Positions 13,089 through 27,629 of a stretch of DNA of 64,000 nucleotides are shown here, piece after piece (the stretch's first letter is position 1; every line of letters begins with the position of its first letter). Both the position numbers and the translations under genes were made by a program. The DNA is taken from contig OZ024745.1 in NCBI GenBank assembly GCA_964016885.1, forward strand, positions 46,128,001 through 46,192,000, in the 5' to 3' direction. The notes beneath the pieces are model-generated. The model made no database searches. It saw only the letters and a list, made by a program, of their open reading frames with translations, and was not told where the DNA came from. The stretch comes from Eledone cirrhosa. Its lineage: Eukaryota.

Positions 13089-13372
13089 CAGGGGTGTGCA
13101 ACATATTCCATTGGTGGGCCACTTTTGAACATTGGAACAACTATTAGGGCCATTAATATTTATTAAGCACTATTCCAAAGATTCACCACAACTTCTTTCC
13201 ATCACATGGAATTATAACCCTATCAGTGAAGCCCTTTAGTATAGGTCAACTAACATAAAATTGCATTACGGTTGCAAAAAAAAATTCTAAATAAACCTAC
13301 AAGGTAAAAATTAAAAATGGTTATCGCAGACCACTCTGGCTGGTCTGGCGGGCCACCTGTTGCACGCCCCTG
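13089..13372. mobile_element. hAT-type MITE
   Basis: TIRs CAGGGGTGTGCAAC / GTTGCACGCCCCTG; 8-bp flanks CTCTATAG / ATCTATCG (6 of 8 match). Confidence 0.8.
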
Positions 13373-13455
13373 ATCTATCGCACAGAATGCTATTTAGCTA
13401 AAATAGATATACTCTCTATCACAGGATACTATAAGTATAGTTAAAATATATAGAT

Positions 13456-13730
13456 GGAAGGGCATCCAGCCGTAGAAAACCCGCCAGACGTGTAGGTGTC
13501 ACGACAAAAAAACACACAGTCCCCGCTGTAATGTGGCCGTGTAGGTAACACGGTAAAAACCTCCCAGTCCACACTGTAAATGTGGTTGGTGTTAGGAAGG
13601 GCATCCAGCCGTAGAAAACCCGCCAGACAGTCCTATACAAGCAGGACAACCAATCTTGCCTCAGGTGGGAAAACTCCCGTCCAAACCCATGCAAGCCTGA
13701 AAGATAGACGTTAAACGATGATGATTATGA
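13456..13730 (+). mobile_element. RTE LINE 3' UTR fragment
   Basis: Similar to the reverse complement of 6600-7070; ends GACGTTAAACGATGATGAT. Confidence 0.8.
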
Positions 13731-13815
13731 TACTCTCTATCACATGATACTATAAGTATAGTTAAAATATATAGATATACTCTCTATCACAGGATACCAT
13801 AAGTATAGTTAAAAT

Positions 13816-14162
13816 CATCATTCATCATCATTTCATTTTATGTCCGCTTCTCCCTGCTTGCAAGGGTGGGACGGGAACTGATTCTGGCTTGATTTCTACA
13901 GCTGGATGCCCTTCCTAACACCAACCTCATTTACAGTGAGTTCCGGGTGCTTTTTTTTACCGTGGCACCTCCACGACCACTTTGCAGTGGAATGATATGG
14001 ACCCCAGTCCCTATCATCTCATTTCTACAGCTGAGTAAACTGGAGCAATGTGAAATAAAGCGTCTTGCTCAAGGAAACAACACATCACCCGGTCTGAGAA
14101 TTGAACTCACAACCTTTCGATTGCAAGGCCAATGCTCTAACCACTAAGCCATGTGCCTCCAC
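13816..14162 (-). mobile_element. tRNA-derived SINE family A with RTE-like 3' tail
   Basis: Head GGAGGCACATGGCTTAGTGG...GAGTTCAATTC; central CCTTGAGCAAGAC.CTTTATTTCACATTGCTCCAG; tail GGTTGGTGTTAGGAAGGGCATCCAGCTGTAGAAA...(ATG)n shared with the RTE 3' UTR. Confidence 0.85.
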
Positions 14163-14587
14163 TAAAATATATAGATATACTCTCTATCACAGGATACTAT
14201 AAGTATAGTTAAAATATATAGATATACTCTCTATCACAGGATACTATAAGTATAGTTAAAATATATAGATATACCCCATAATGCAGAATACTATCAATAT
14301 TGTTAAAATATATAGATATACCCCATAATGCAGAATACTATCAATATTGCTAAAATATATAGATATACTCTATAGAATACTATATATATAGCTAAAATAT
14401 ATAGATATAGATGGGGAATCGATTTGGTCTGGGACTGCTTATTTCCATATTTGCATGGCCATTCCTCTAACCACCACTGCAAATGTTGCTAAAATATATG
14501 GACATACTTACAACAAAATACTGGTGTGTATGAATATAGCAAGACACTAGGTTGTGTATATAAAGTTTAATTAACAAGTTGAAGTTA

Positions 14588-14899
14588 TGTAGTATAGAAT
14601 TGTTAACATGTCGAGAGTAGATGAAATATGAAGTAAAGTTATTTGTTACCGTTTTGAAGTTAGCTCGCAAGAGACCATGTTAGGGTTGCCAGAGAGTAGA
14701 GACTCGGCGAACGCGCCTGGCCGAAAGGGCAAATGAGAGAGAGATCGCTCTAAGTATCCCTTTTATAGGGTCTCAAGACGGAAGTGACAAAAAGGGTTCT
14801 GCCACCCCAACGGGAAGTAACTCCAGCTACTTCCTGTCTAGAGAGCGTTAATCTATTGGTGATGTGATCGTCACAACAAGGGAGGCAACTCTTGCTACA
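14588..14899 (-). mobile_element. Probable solo LTR
   Basis: TGTAG...CTACA termini, CpG-rich relative to its flanks, TATA box TATAAAAGGG on the minus strand at ~14758-14767. No clear target-site duplication. Confidence 0.45.
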
Positions 14900-17630
14900 T
14901 ACTCTATACTATAAATATTACGTCATGTACAAGAAGACGCAAAGGCTTTTCTTTCATTAACAAAGCCAAGCATATAATCGAGATACTTCCATAACAGAAA
15001 TAGGATGCTTGAAAATTATCAAACAATATCGAAGATAGGAATACTAATTGAAGTGCTGTAAATTGTTGTGCCATAGAATGAAGTAGTCTAATACTCCAGG
15101 CAGCATCGTTTGCTGGAGAAAAAAATCAATGTTAGAGATAATATAACAACCTATAATAGCTCTGTAAAAAGTTTGCTCATTGTTATTGTTTAACACAATG
15201 TCAGTTCTGCTTATATGCCTTTTAAATATTAATCATTCTGATATTGACCATCGTGTCTTCCAATGGTGTACTTAGTACTGCATTTAACAATAGGTCTTTC
15301 CTTTTTATCATAGTATAATTTGGCTGTTGTTTCTAGCAGATCAAACAAACATCCAGGGGCTATTTATGGTTATTGTAGCTAGAAATCCAGTGTAACAAGA
15401 ACTCTTTCAACTTATCAAGATATAAACTTATTGGTGTTTTTTTTATAATCCAAATATATATAAATATTTATGAAAAATGATAAAGATTTGAAAAAAGCAC
15501 CTAATGTGCTTTTACTTTATATACATGTTACCTGTATATTACTTTCCTCGGTAATGGGGTTGAATTTATCCTTGCTAGCAGGGAAAGTGGACGTTAAAAT
15601 ATTATCGCTTTAACGTCCGATTTCCCTGCTAGCAAGGATGGTGGTGGTGGTGGTGGTGGTGGTGGTGATGCCAGGAATGTGAACTTATACTCACAGATTT
15701 ACTCAATGGCTCAATTAATTTAATTGAATTCCGAAATGAATCAGCCTTTAGTATTGTGCTATAGTAAATAGGTGTACTATTAGCAGTGATATATTAATAT
15801 AACCATTGCAAGTAGTTAGCTGCCTTATAGGCCCCAAAGATGACCATTACAAACAACAGCTTTACAGTGCTTATACAACCAGATGGTCTCTGCTACCCAA
15901 ACCTTTACACTTCTTACAGTATTGACAATTTTATAGCCTAAGACAACCAACTGCTGCACAGTTTTTGTTTATGCATGATACAATTCACAAAAAAAAAATT
16001 GACTGATATTTTTAATGCAGATGGCATCCCTGAATTAGTTATTTCCCAGCAATATTGCTGATTTCATAAAATTACTGCCCTTTAGAAAAAAATTCCCCCA
16101 CGTTGTAACCAATTTATTTTTTCTTCAATAATAGAACATAGTTTATTGATTAAATGTATAGAAAATAGAACAATCAATGAAACAGCTTCTCATCTTTTGA
16201 CCATTCAAGGTCAGGATTCCAGCTAAATATTTCAAGGTTTGTAAAGTTAGCTAAAGGAAAATCTGTAATATTTTTAAATGTTTAAAATACACTTGAAAGC
16301 AAAATGCTATTGAAGATTGAAGTGATTCATCAGTAAAGTTCTGAATACATCACATCAGGGTATAGAAATCGTTTATTCAGTGGATTGTTATAAAAACACA
16401 CAATATGTAAGGATACACGTTGGTAAAATATGTCTTGACCCTTTTATGACAATGCTTCTTAAGAAACATTCTGTATTTAAATTAATCCATTAAGAACTTG
16501 AAGTGATTTTCTAAAATTATTAATTGTTATGGTGGTATTTTTAACATATTTTAGGAAACGATTTTCATATAAAATTGTTAGATTTCAAATTAAATAGGAA
16601 TCCATTAAAATGAGCATTTTTGTTTCATAGAACCAGAGGTGACCTTGAGTGGGTTGGTATCAAAATAGTTAAAAGTGAACTGAGGCATTAGATTTACATT
16701 CTAGCAATAATCCTGCTAGAAATTTTGAGAATATATATAAAGTAAGCTGAAAATAATAATGAAGATGTCGATGGAAAAGCCAATATAACTAATTGCATGC
16801 ATGGTCCTGTCACTCTTGAGGGGTTCGTTGAGGCATCATATTGATATACAGCGTTTCTAGGGCATTTTTTTCTTTTGAGATCTGGCGGAGCCCATCTCCT
16901 CTCCAGGTCTAAATGCAACAGCAGATTGCTTCTAGATAAGGATAGAGAGTGAGAGAATGGAAGTGAGAAAGAGATATAGAGGAACTCAGTACTAGACTAG
17001 TACATCTTTGTATCAACCTCTCAGCTATTTAAGAACATACAAAAACAGTGGCAGTCACTTTTCATTGAGTTGCTGATATGTGATGAAAATGTGTAGCTGT
17101 ATCTGTTTCAACACCTAAATAATGTTACTCACCAAAACACCTACAAAAATACATTGTACTAAAGACTTTGCAACTTCAATTTTACAAGTATTATGAAATA
17201 AATAAGAAATTGGAAATCAGTGGAAATTGAACATCATATCAATATTTGAAGATAGAATTTACCCTCCACCACCAACACTACGACAACTTGATATTTGCAG
17301 TACTCTTTTTATTCAGCCCCATATTAAATTAAGACAGTCAATTACTGGGGCCTGACAAACTGCTTCCTCTTTGCACTGGTCTCAATCAAGACCTCTGGCG
17401 TCTTTGATCTCTACACTGCTGATCTCCTCCATAAAGTCAGAAAGACGGTGGTCCTACTTACCGAGAGAGCCTCGTGAGGTGGGGGGTCACTGTTGTTGCG
17501 AGTGTCTTTGGCCATTCTCCACTGGAGTGCCACTCCTCCTCTCCCTTTCTTTTGTTGCTTGATCCTTCTTTTCTTTTCTACTTCACAATTGTTTACAAAT
17601 TTGTTTCAGTTGGCAGCTTATTATTAAAAA

Positions 17631-17815
17631 GGGCGGTGGATTGACAGTATCAGTAGAGGGTCTGACGCCATGCTTTGCAGCAGAGAGTTACGGCCCTTTA
17701 TGGTCTGGGTTCAAATCCCAGCAAGGTTAACTTTCATCCTTACGGGGTCGATAAAATAAAGTACCAGTAATACACTGGAATAATTGCTGACCTTGTGCCA
17801 AAAGTAGAAACAATT
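17631..17815 (+). mobile_element. SINE family B
   Basis: Same consensus as 5274-5460, slightly decayed. Confidence 0.8.
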
Positions 17816-18115
17816 ATTAAAAGAAAATTATAATCTCCATCTTCATTCCCTACTCATAAAAGATCAGAGTTTCTGTGGAGTTACTCAATGTGTTAAAAGT
17901 TGCAGCCAACTATTCACACTCTTCTAACCATCTTTATAATGATAACAGGGTTAACTATTAAATCTAAGTACAACATGTCTTCTTTATTGCTTCTTGGTAG
18001 GTAAGCAGTTGCACATATAGGTAGGTGAATAGATAAATGTGTAAGTAGGTACATGTGAATGGGAAAAATATATAGATATAGACAGGTAAATAGATTAGGA
18101 AAATAGTTAAATATA

Positions 18116-18467
18116 TGGAGACACATGGCTTAGTGGGTAGAGCATTGGCCTTGCAATCGAAAGGTTGTGAGTTCAATTCTCAGACCGGGTGATGTGTTGT
18201 TTCCTTGAGCAAGACACTTTATTTCACATTGCTCCAGTTTACTTAGCTGTAGAAATGAGATGATAGGGACTGGGGTCCATATCATTCCACTGCAAAGTGG
18301 TCGTGGATGTGCCACGGCAAAAAAAGCACCCAGCACTCACTGTAAATGAGGTTGGTGTTAGGAAGGGCATCCAGCTGTAGAAATCAAGCCAGAATCAGTT
18401 CCCGTCCCACCCTTGCAAGCAGGGAAAAAGCAGATGTGAAATGAAATGATGATGATGATGATGATGA
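18116..18467 (+). mobile_element. SINE family A
   Basis: Full head-to-(ATG)n tail copy, reverse complement of 13816-14162. Confidence 0.85.
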
Positions 18468-18778
18468 TATAGATAGCTAAACAAGTAGAACAGGAAATGT
18501 TTGTTTAATAGAAATTACTCTTGTCTGATTGAAAACCTAAAGATTGATTGTAGTAGAAAGCTGGCTAAAAAGTCAAGTGAATCATTCTGACCTTTAATTG
18601 GCTACTAGAAAACATTACTCACCTTGTTATTCTGAAATCACTGGAAAATGTCAAGTACACAGCTGGGTGGCAACTACAACAACAATAATAACTGTGGCAA
18701 TCAAGTGAATAGTGTCAAGTAGAATATTTATGATATTTAGATATAATTGTAGATGATGGCAGTAGGGTTAGTCTAGAG

Positions 18779-19128
18779 TAGCGGTCACCCACCAGTGGTC
18801 CAAGAGAAAATTTTGGTGGTCCGCAGAAAAATTTGGACATTATTTGCAATTCTTATGTTTTATTAATAATGAAACAAAAATAATATTTGATTAAAATATA
18901 TTTCATAAAACCCCTAAAAAATGTTTCTCCTCGGTAAAGAACTAACATCCATGAAAGAATTTTACTCATATGTATCATCTATTGACAATATGACACAGTA
19001 TTGTTTAATAAAATGGTTGTTCTCTGATCATTATTTTACAAATGTATTTATCTTTTTAAAAAAATTCTTATTAGTGGTCTGTGGGATGTAAAATTATGAA
19101 TTTAGGTTCGAAAGGTTGGTGACCGCTT
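18779..19128. mobile_element. hAT-type MITE
   Basis: TIRs TAGCGGTCACC / GGTGACCGCTT; perfect 8-bp TSD GTCTAGAG at 18771-18778 and 19129-19136. Confidence 0.88.
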
Positions 19129-19365
19129 GTCTAGAGGGATGTGGGGAAGAATAGTAGAAAGATGATTATGATTTTAGTGATGGGGTTGTTGTTGCTTAGC
19201 TCTAGGTCATTACTGATTGAATAGGCCTACAATCAAAGGCATTCCTACCATGAACATTCTGTCTTTTTAAAGGTATGGACTATATTATCTAAAGTATTCT
19301 CTCCTTATTAAGAATATTATAGTGTGATTTGATAGAGAACTGGCTGCTGTTTCTAACTGGTAATA

Positions 19366-21680
19366 TTAATCCTTTTGTTACCATACTTTGAATGAAATAC
19401 TCTGTACTTGAATTAATGAAGAACTTGAGAGGATTTACTAAAATTATTGTCTCATTATTGAAATGGTATTTGAGATAAAATCATGTTTGATGATCTTAAC
19501 TTAAATAGGAAGCCTAGAACGAGGTGCAGTTGGTATCATCATCATCATCATCATCATCATCAACGTTTAACGTCCGTGTTCCACGCTTGCATGGGTTTGG
19601 ACGGGGGTAGTCCCACTTGAGGCAAGAGTGATTGTCTTGCTCGCATAGGACTGTCTGGCAGGTTTTCTACAGTTGGATGCCCTTCCTAACACCAACCACA
19701 CTTACAGTGTGGGTCTGGGAGGTTTTTACCGTGTTGCCTACACGGCCACATTACAGCGTGGACTGTGTGTTTTTTTTGTCGTGACACCTACACGATCTCA
19801 TTTGTTTCGGCCTGGATGGCGCGGCACCAACATAACTTTACATAGAACGGGGTGGTGTGGATGGGTGGGGGTGGTGGCGGGACGGGGTGTATTTTGTTAG
19901 AGATGCCTACTGGCAAGGCGGGTCTTCTCTGTTACTGAGTACCGCCAAAGGTCTCGGTCCAGTGACATTGTCTTGGAGAGGTGTAAGTGTGTGAGGTCGG
20001 AGTTTATCAGCTCGTCCCAGGTTTTTCTAGGTCTGCCTATTCCGTGGCTACCGTCTATCTTTATTGCCCTGCACTTTGTTATACAGCTATCGACTTTCAT
20101 GCGCATCACGTGTCCATACCAACGTAGCCTTCTCTCAAGTAAACAACATCTGATCCCTCTTATCTCTAATTTTTTCCTTAGTTCGTTTATGCTTTGCCGT
20201 TCACGTATATTACTGTTACACATCCAGCGGAGCATGCAAGCTTCGTTCCTCTCTAGTCTGCGTATATCCTCTGCACACAATGCCCAGGTCTCACTGCCAT
20301 GCAACATTGCTGTTCGTATGCAGGCATCGTACAACCTGCCTTTCATTTTTAGGGAGAACCCTTTAGCAGCTAATAGTGGTATAAGCTCTCTGAACTTTTT
20401 CCAACCAGTTCTGACTCTAGCTACAGTACTTTCAGAGCACCCTCCCCCACTGCTGATTTTATCGCCCAGGTAACGGAAGCTGTCCACTATTTCTATAGAA
20501 CCCTCTGCGCAATTGAAAGAGCTAGTATTTGTGGGCACTTGCTGCTACTTATTGCACCAGAACACCGGCCACATGTAAAATCTATGTTCTTAGTTAGCTT
20601 ACCTGTGATCCCACTACATCTTTTATGCACCCATACTTTGCATTTAGGACATAAAATGGAGTTTCTACCTACGCCTTTCCTACACACCGAGCACGACCAT
20701 TTCCCAGAAGGGACCGCCGCCTTGTTTTCTTTCCTACAAACTAGAACTTTGGTCTTAGCCAGGTTAATTTTAAGTCCTTTTGACTCTAGGCCGTGCTTCC
20801 ATGTTTGGAATTTCTTCTCTAGCTCGGCCATTGATTCCGCTATGAGTGTCAGGTCGTCTGCGTATAGGAGTTCCCATGGGCAGCCTGTCTTGAACTCCTC
20901 TGTTATAGCCTGAAGGGCAATAATAAATAGTAGGGGGCTGAGAACAGAGCCCTGATGGACGCCAACTTTTACGCTAAACTCTTCACTATATTCGTTGTTA
21001 ATTCTAACCTTGCTGACTGTTTCTTTATACATGGCTTGTATAGCCTTCACAAGCCATTCGTCAACGCCTAGTTTTCTAAGAGCCCACCAGATAATGGAGC
21101 GGGGGACTCTGTCGAAGGCTTTCTCCAAGTCGACAAAAGCTAAGTAGAGGGGTTTACCTTTAGCTAGGAACTTCTCCTGTAGTTGTCGTACTATGAAAAG
21201 AGCGTCTGTGGTACTTTTGCCTGACACAAACCCGAACTGCATTTCATCTAGGTCAATTCTCTCTCTGATTAGTTGCGCTATTACTTTTTCCGTGACCTTC
21301 ATGACCTGGTCGATTAATTTAATGCCTCTATAGTTACTCCTATCTAGGGCGTCTCCTTTACCCTTATAACAGTTAACGATGATGCTGCTATGCCAGTCCT
21401 TCGGAACAACCCCATTCTGTACGACATGGTTAACTATGCGAGTGACCATGGTGTGTCCCACCGTGCCAGATGCCTTCAGCATCTCAGCAACTATTTCCGA
21501 AGGCCCAGCCGCCTTACCTGTCTTCATATCCTTGATTGCCTTACTTATTATACTCCCCTCGACTAACACTGCTGGTCCCTCTATTGGGTCGATATGGGGG
21601 AGACTGTCTTTCTCCCATTTATTCTCCTCATTTAGTAGCCTTTCATAGTGACACTTCCAAGCTACCTTCAAAAGGGTAAT
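19366..21680. mobile_element. piggyBac-like (TTAA) MITE interrupted by RTE copy 2
   Basis: Left end TTAATCCTTTTGTTACCA. The right end TTGGTATC|AAAAGGGTAA is split by the LINE. Uninterrupted relatives at ~16435-16672, ~40712-40957 and ~51044-51274. Confidence 0.5.
19535..21669 (-). mobile_element. RTE-clade LINE, 5'-truncated, copy 2 (RT + PHD finger; 1-bp frameshift near 20530)
   Basis: ORFs 20493-21797 and 19897-20538 carry full RT motifs including LLYADDL. Highly similar to copy 1; (ATG)n tail. Confidence 0.92.
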
Positions 21681-22864
21681 AGTAAAAATGATTATAGATG
21701 TATATTTGTAGAGAAAATTGCCTCCTATTTTAAGAAGTGTTGATTGGAAATACCTGTGAATTTTGAACTGGTCTGTGATTTTGACAGTTGGTAGCAAAAT
21801 GTTTTAAGGAAACCAGTGGAAAATATAATAAAACTCTTGAAAAACTAATTCTAATAACAACTCTTTGGAGAGAGATGTTATTAGAATTAGTAAGAAATAT
21901 CCCAAGAATGAAAGAAGCAAGTATAGAAACGAAGCAATGCTGAAGATATTTTCAAATATTATTACAATTTAGAAAAAATAAAATATTGTTATATTATTCA
22001 TGTGAAATAGGCTTCTGTCAGTTTCTAAGACGAGTATTTCTGTTGTTCAATCAATGGAATTAATGTGTAAGTGGCTGAACATTACACAGTCCACTTCTTT
22101 CCATCTCCAAGAGCACTTTACATGATTTTCTCAACTACTATTTATAGTGATCAACTATTGTTATAGTCATTTACATGGGAACAATAACATTTAAAATTTT
22201 CTCAATGTTTCTTAAGTCAATCAGATTTTTACACTTCTATCTGCAGGCTTAAAATTGTCTAAAGGACTCCAAGCACAGTGGTTAATACACTTGCCCAGTT
22301 AAATTACAACCTGCTATATCAGAAAAGAAGGACAATTTGAATGCTTGAAGAATTGTCTAAAATGTAGAAACTAGTGTTTTGTTTGAAAGCTACCACAATA
22401 GGAATTGGATGGTAAATGTTTAAAATATAACAATGTTGGTATGTGTACCTTTCAGTTCTTTAAAAGTCCTTATATTTCAGGATAAAATCCTTTCATCAAA
22501 AGATTAATAGAAGAAACTAGTTCAGAGCTGTATATTTTTTTTAAAATGGTAGTTTAAGAGCAACATCAGTTCATATACATAGGCAAGAAATCTATAAGAT
22601 TCTAGCGTATTTTTATCTCAGCAGAAACTAGGTGGATATAAAGCTTTGACAACCACTAACAAGTGAGAAACAACGTTGTCGGTTGCTTCCCCTAGTTTTT
22701 GCTGAGACTAAAGATGTGTAACTGCAGTCACAACCTTAAAAAGAATTCCTAGCAGAAGGCTGTCAAATGTTTTTTCATGAACATCCTGTATACAACACGT
22801 ACATATATGTGTATAAAGCTATACTGGAGCACCTATACTAAATTACATATATATATGTGTGTGT

Positions 22865-23208
22865 CATCATCATCATCATCATCATTTTACGTCCGCTTTT
22901 CCCTGCTTGCAAGGGTGGGACGGGAATTGATTCTGGCTTGATTTCTACAGCTGGATGCCCTTCCTAACACCAACCTCATTTACAGTGAGTGCTGGGTGCT
23001 TTTTTGCCGTGGCACCTCCACGACCACTTTACAGTGGAATGATAGGGACCCCAGTCCCTATCATCTCATTTCTACAGCTGAGTAAACTGGAGCAATGTGA
23101 AATAAAGTGTCTTGCTCAAGGAAACAACACATCACCCGGTCTGAGAATTGAACTCACAACCTTTCGATTGCAAGGCCAACGCTCTAACCACTAAGCCATG
23201 TGCCTCCA
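22865..23208 (-). mobile_element. SINE family A
   Basis: Near-identical to 13816-14162. Confidence 0.85.
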
Positions 23209-26200
23209 TGTGTGTACATTTATTTTGTCATTTTGTTTGTTATGAAAAGATGAATCAATTCTACCTCAGTTTTAATATTGATTTCTAATATTCGCACAAG
23301 ACCAGCAAATTTTGGGGGAAATGAAAAGTTGATTAAATCAACCCCAGAACAGGACTATTACTTTATTTTATCGACCCCAATAATGAAAGGCAAAGTTGAC
23401 TTTGGCAGGATTTGAATTCATAATGTAAAGAGCCAAAACAAATACTGCAATGGCATTTTTATCACGTCCTACTAATTCTGTCAACCATCCTCTTACCTCA
23501 ATTTTAATATTACAGGCTAATACATTTATTTGAAAAAAATGTCATTTGCTGGGAACGTTTTGTTTAAGCATATGTTCAGTGATGGCTATTCCTTAATTAA
23601 ATATCAAAATCATCATCATCATCATCATTTTTCTTAATTAATAAATAATTATCTCTGTTATATAATTATCTCTATTCATATCCTACAGATATGAATCTTA
23701 ATTATTTGGAAAAAAAAAAGATTTGCTAAAAATTTGGCTATGCACACTGAGATACAAAAGTGTTAGCAATAGATTTCAATAACAGCATAACTATTGAAAT
23801 ATAACCAATTCAGTTGACCAAAGAAGATATTATTTGTGTGGGCAAGAATATACCTTTTCTCTGTATGTTACTATTTGCTGGTTGTTATGGTTTATGTGTG
23901 GGAGGTTAGTCTAGCAATGCTGGTTATTTATCGTGGCTGCATGATTTACTGTAAGCAAGTGAATGCTTGACAGTGCTATACTGTTAGAAGATATAAATTT
24001 AAATACTTTTCATAATAGATTATGATTGAAATGCAACTTGGTTTACTGCAGGGAAGAATCTATATAATCTCGTTGCCAGTATGCTATAACCAAATTTATA
24101 AAGAAGATATAAATAAATTAAGCTAAATCTTTATTTTGTTTAAATTAATACACTTCTATGAGAATTTAAGAGCTAAATATCTAACATGAGTTATTGATGA
24201 GGTTATAATGTTCTGGACTATTAACTTCATATTTAGAGTATATATATATATATATATATATTTACATCCTCTAAAGTGGTTGGCAATAGGAAGGGCATCC
24301 AGTCATAGAAAACTTGCCAGACAAAGGGTCAGGAAGACTCTCTAGCTGTGTCAAGGGCATGACAACCTCCCTAGTGTTGGTGATTTACATGATAAACACA
24401 CCCAGTACATGCTGTAAAGTCGTTGATTATAAAAAGGGCAATGGGGTTGGGAGGACCCTTCAATTGTGTCAAAGGCATGACAGCCTCTCCTGAGCACTTG
24501 ATGGAACATGAGACCATACATATGCGGGACACAGATCCCTGGCTTGCTTGAGAGATCAGTGGTTCTGCTTCAGTACAGACTTGATCAATATAAACTTGTC
24601 CAGCCCTTGCTAGCAGGGAAAGCAGACGTTAAAATGACAATGATCATGATGATGATGACCTCATCTTTACACTGTATATTTACAATATTTACATGTACTA
24701 ACTTCATTTTTACAGTGTTTATTTACGATATTTACACCTACACAATATTTCAATAGATTTAAACTTTAATCTTTCTTAGGTGTCTTATTTGAAGATATGT
24801 ATATGATCCCAGACATCATTTGAACTGGGAACCAGTCATTCTAAACTAAAGAAGGTTATATCCTTATCCACTAAGAATATTACTATCTATATTTTAGAAA
24901 TAAATGGTACAGGTTAGGTTATGTGATTAAGAAACTCACTTTATGATTGCATATCTCTAGGTTCAATCCTAGTACATGGCACCTCTGGCCTTCAGTTGAC
25001 TAATACCTCATAAGTGGAATTTGACAGATGGAAACAGTTTAGAAGCCCAAGACATACAGCCCTTATTGGACTTAATTAAAGAAAAAAGTTTCTTAGTTCA
25101 ATTCTAATCCATACATATCCATATACATGCACACATACATACATTGGTAAATTTTCCCAAAACAAATATTTTGCACTGAATTTGGAGATATCTTGCTTGT
25201 TTCTGCAAAATATCTTCTTCATTTTGTTGACCATATCTATAAAACTTCTGATCCTTGCCATTTCTAACTCAGAACCATCTCAGGCATTCATCAATTCTTG
25301 TCTCATTCTCAAATTTCTGCTGGAATCAACACTAGTTTGGTCACCTATATTTCTAAGTCTTATATGGTATCATTTGAATAAAAATCAATAAAATGCCATG
25401 AACAAATTGTTGAAATGTGTCTTATGTTCAATAAATATTAATGTTAAAGAACACGAAATACCAATATTGATTAACGGAGTGGAAGCTGTAGACAAAATAA
25501 GACAATAAAATCCACAATCTCAAATCTAAATTCAAATCCCACTGAAGTTTATATCCCCTTGGAGTTTGTGAAAAGAAAATGAGCAATAGCTATTGTTCTT
25601 GTTGTCGTTACTGTTTAGCCACAGGTCAACTCTGGCTGAGCAAACCTATGGTTAAAACCATTCCAGCTATAACCATGCTGTCTTTTTGTATATCAATTAC
25701 TACACTGTCTATTGTATCCCGCATTTTGAAAGACAATAGTGTATGTATGGTGTGAAGGTGATTTGGCAGCTATTTTCAACAAGTTGAATGATCATATAAT
25801 GGCTACTTCATTAGTTTGACTAAGTAACAATTATATATTGCAGTTGAAGCATCTTACTATACTTTCCCTGTGAATTAATTGCTCACCTATATCTAATGTC
25901 ATATATTTTCATTTTTCAATAATTTGTATTTTTCTTGAGTAAATATTAATATCGATTATATTTAAGATATTAATAAGATTTAGAATTCTACTGTCTGGTC
26001 TTATTTCTGCTTCTTTACCATAACAATTCACTCATTGATGATACTGATTGATCCCCTACAACAAATTTTGGAGGCTGTGAATTGGCAGAGGTGTTGAACA
26101 TCAGATAGAATGCTTTGCAGTATTTGTTCCATCTCTCTGCACTTTCAGTTCAAATCCTGCTGAATTCAACTTTATCTTTCATCTTTTCAAGGTTCAAGGT

Positions 26201-27101
26201 TGATTAAAAAATACCAGTCCAGTACTGGGTCAATTCTTCCTTTATATCTCTTTTTGCTTCCTCTCTGTCACTCTTTCTTCTTTGGAAGGAATTTATTGTG
26301 CTCAGACTTGGAAAGGGGTGGGTTTTGTCAGGTTTAAATTGCTCAAAATGTCACTATAGTGTTTATATGACTCCATCAAGAAACACAGGGCCATACATAC
26401 ATACATACATACATACATACATACATACATACATACTTACATATTTTGACATTTTTCATGGTACTTGAATCTAGACTTTCTGTTTCTGATATTAAATAAC
26501 TCTACTAGTGTATAAAAGCTCCATACATTAGGGGAAAAGGTGCAAGAAAAGAGAAATTGTGATTTTCATGCCGTTTCCAATGACATTTTCTCATTAAATA
26601 ATGTTAACAATGAAACCATTAATCAAAAACAACCCCATCACTAGCTAATGAGAAAGTCTCTATTTGGTCATTTGCCATGACTGACTTCCCAGTCTAGTAC
26701 CTTAAAAAGGGCTATATTTTGAATGTAGCCCTAGATACAATATGTCTAAAAGGAAAATGATGTGGTGGTCACAGTTGGAATGCCTTTGGCCATAATTTTA
26801 CGCAATGAAGGTGGAACTGGTGGTTAAACAACAATAACCAACCAAGAAACCAATCAACCATCCACGTCATACATTTGGTTAGCAGAGAATTAAATATTAA
26901 CTCTATGTTGTTCAACTCACTAGTATATAAATATTATTCAGCCATTCATAGCATAGAAAAGGCATAAATGAACCCATATCAATACATAATGTTATTTATG
27001 AATATCTGTAGGCTGAAAGCAGAGAGGGTTAATACTCAACATCCTACTCATTACCATTGAATAGAAACAGACAGTCTATATTTGTAAGAAAGCATACAAG
27101 A

Positions 27102-27140
<39 letters not shown>

Positions 27141-27398
27141 GTGTATGTGTGTGTGTGTACATACATACATACGTACATACGTACATACTTATAAATGTGT
27201 GTGCGTGTATACATAGAGCTGAAGGGAAAAAGCTGTGATGTCCAGGTGTGTGGGATGTTACTTAGCAACTGTATAGTGTCATAAGAAACATTCCAGAGAA
27301 AATAATAGGCTATACGTGTTTTCATGATGTTTATGTATATATTATTGCAAAGTCAGAAATACTCAGATATATTCAGATATATACATATATATATATTC

Positions 27399-27473
<75 letters not shown>

Positions 27474-27629
27474 AAACAAAGGAATTGTGGTAAGGAACCA
27501 GATTGACCATAACGCACCAGAGTACTCAATACTTAGGGTAGTAGAGTGGGAAATAGGAAAAAATATGACCCCGACGGCAGAGCTCAAGTCGTTTCGGCGG
27601 CTATTTAGTCCAGAAATACCGTCAAAACG

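Larger units (their letters stand above)
13398..14410. repeat. ~47-bp minisatellite interrupted by an RTE 3' fragment and a SINE
   Basis: Unit AAAATATATAGATATACTCTCTATCACAGGATACTATAAGTATAGTT is repeated, with variants at the right end. Confidence 0.8.

Noticed and set aside
18116-18190. SINE-A head as a functional tRNA-Ala(TGC)
   Set aside because: Acceptor and anticodon stems pair poorly, and it is always attached to the SINE body.
25142-25343. Minus-strand exon-like segment (MARIRSFIDMVNK...)
   Set aside because: Splice-like ends are present, but all three frames contain stops and no family was recognised.
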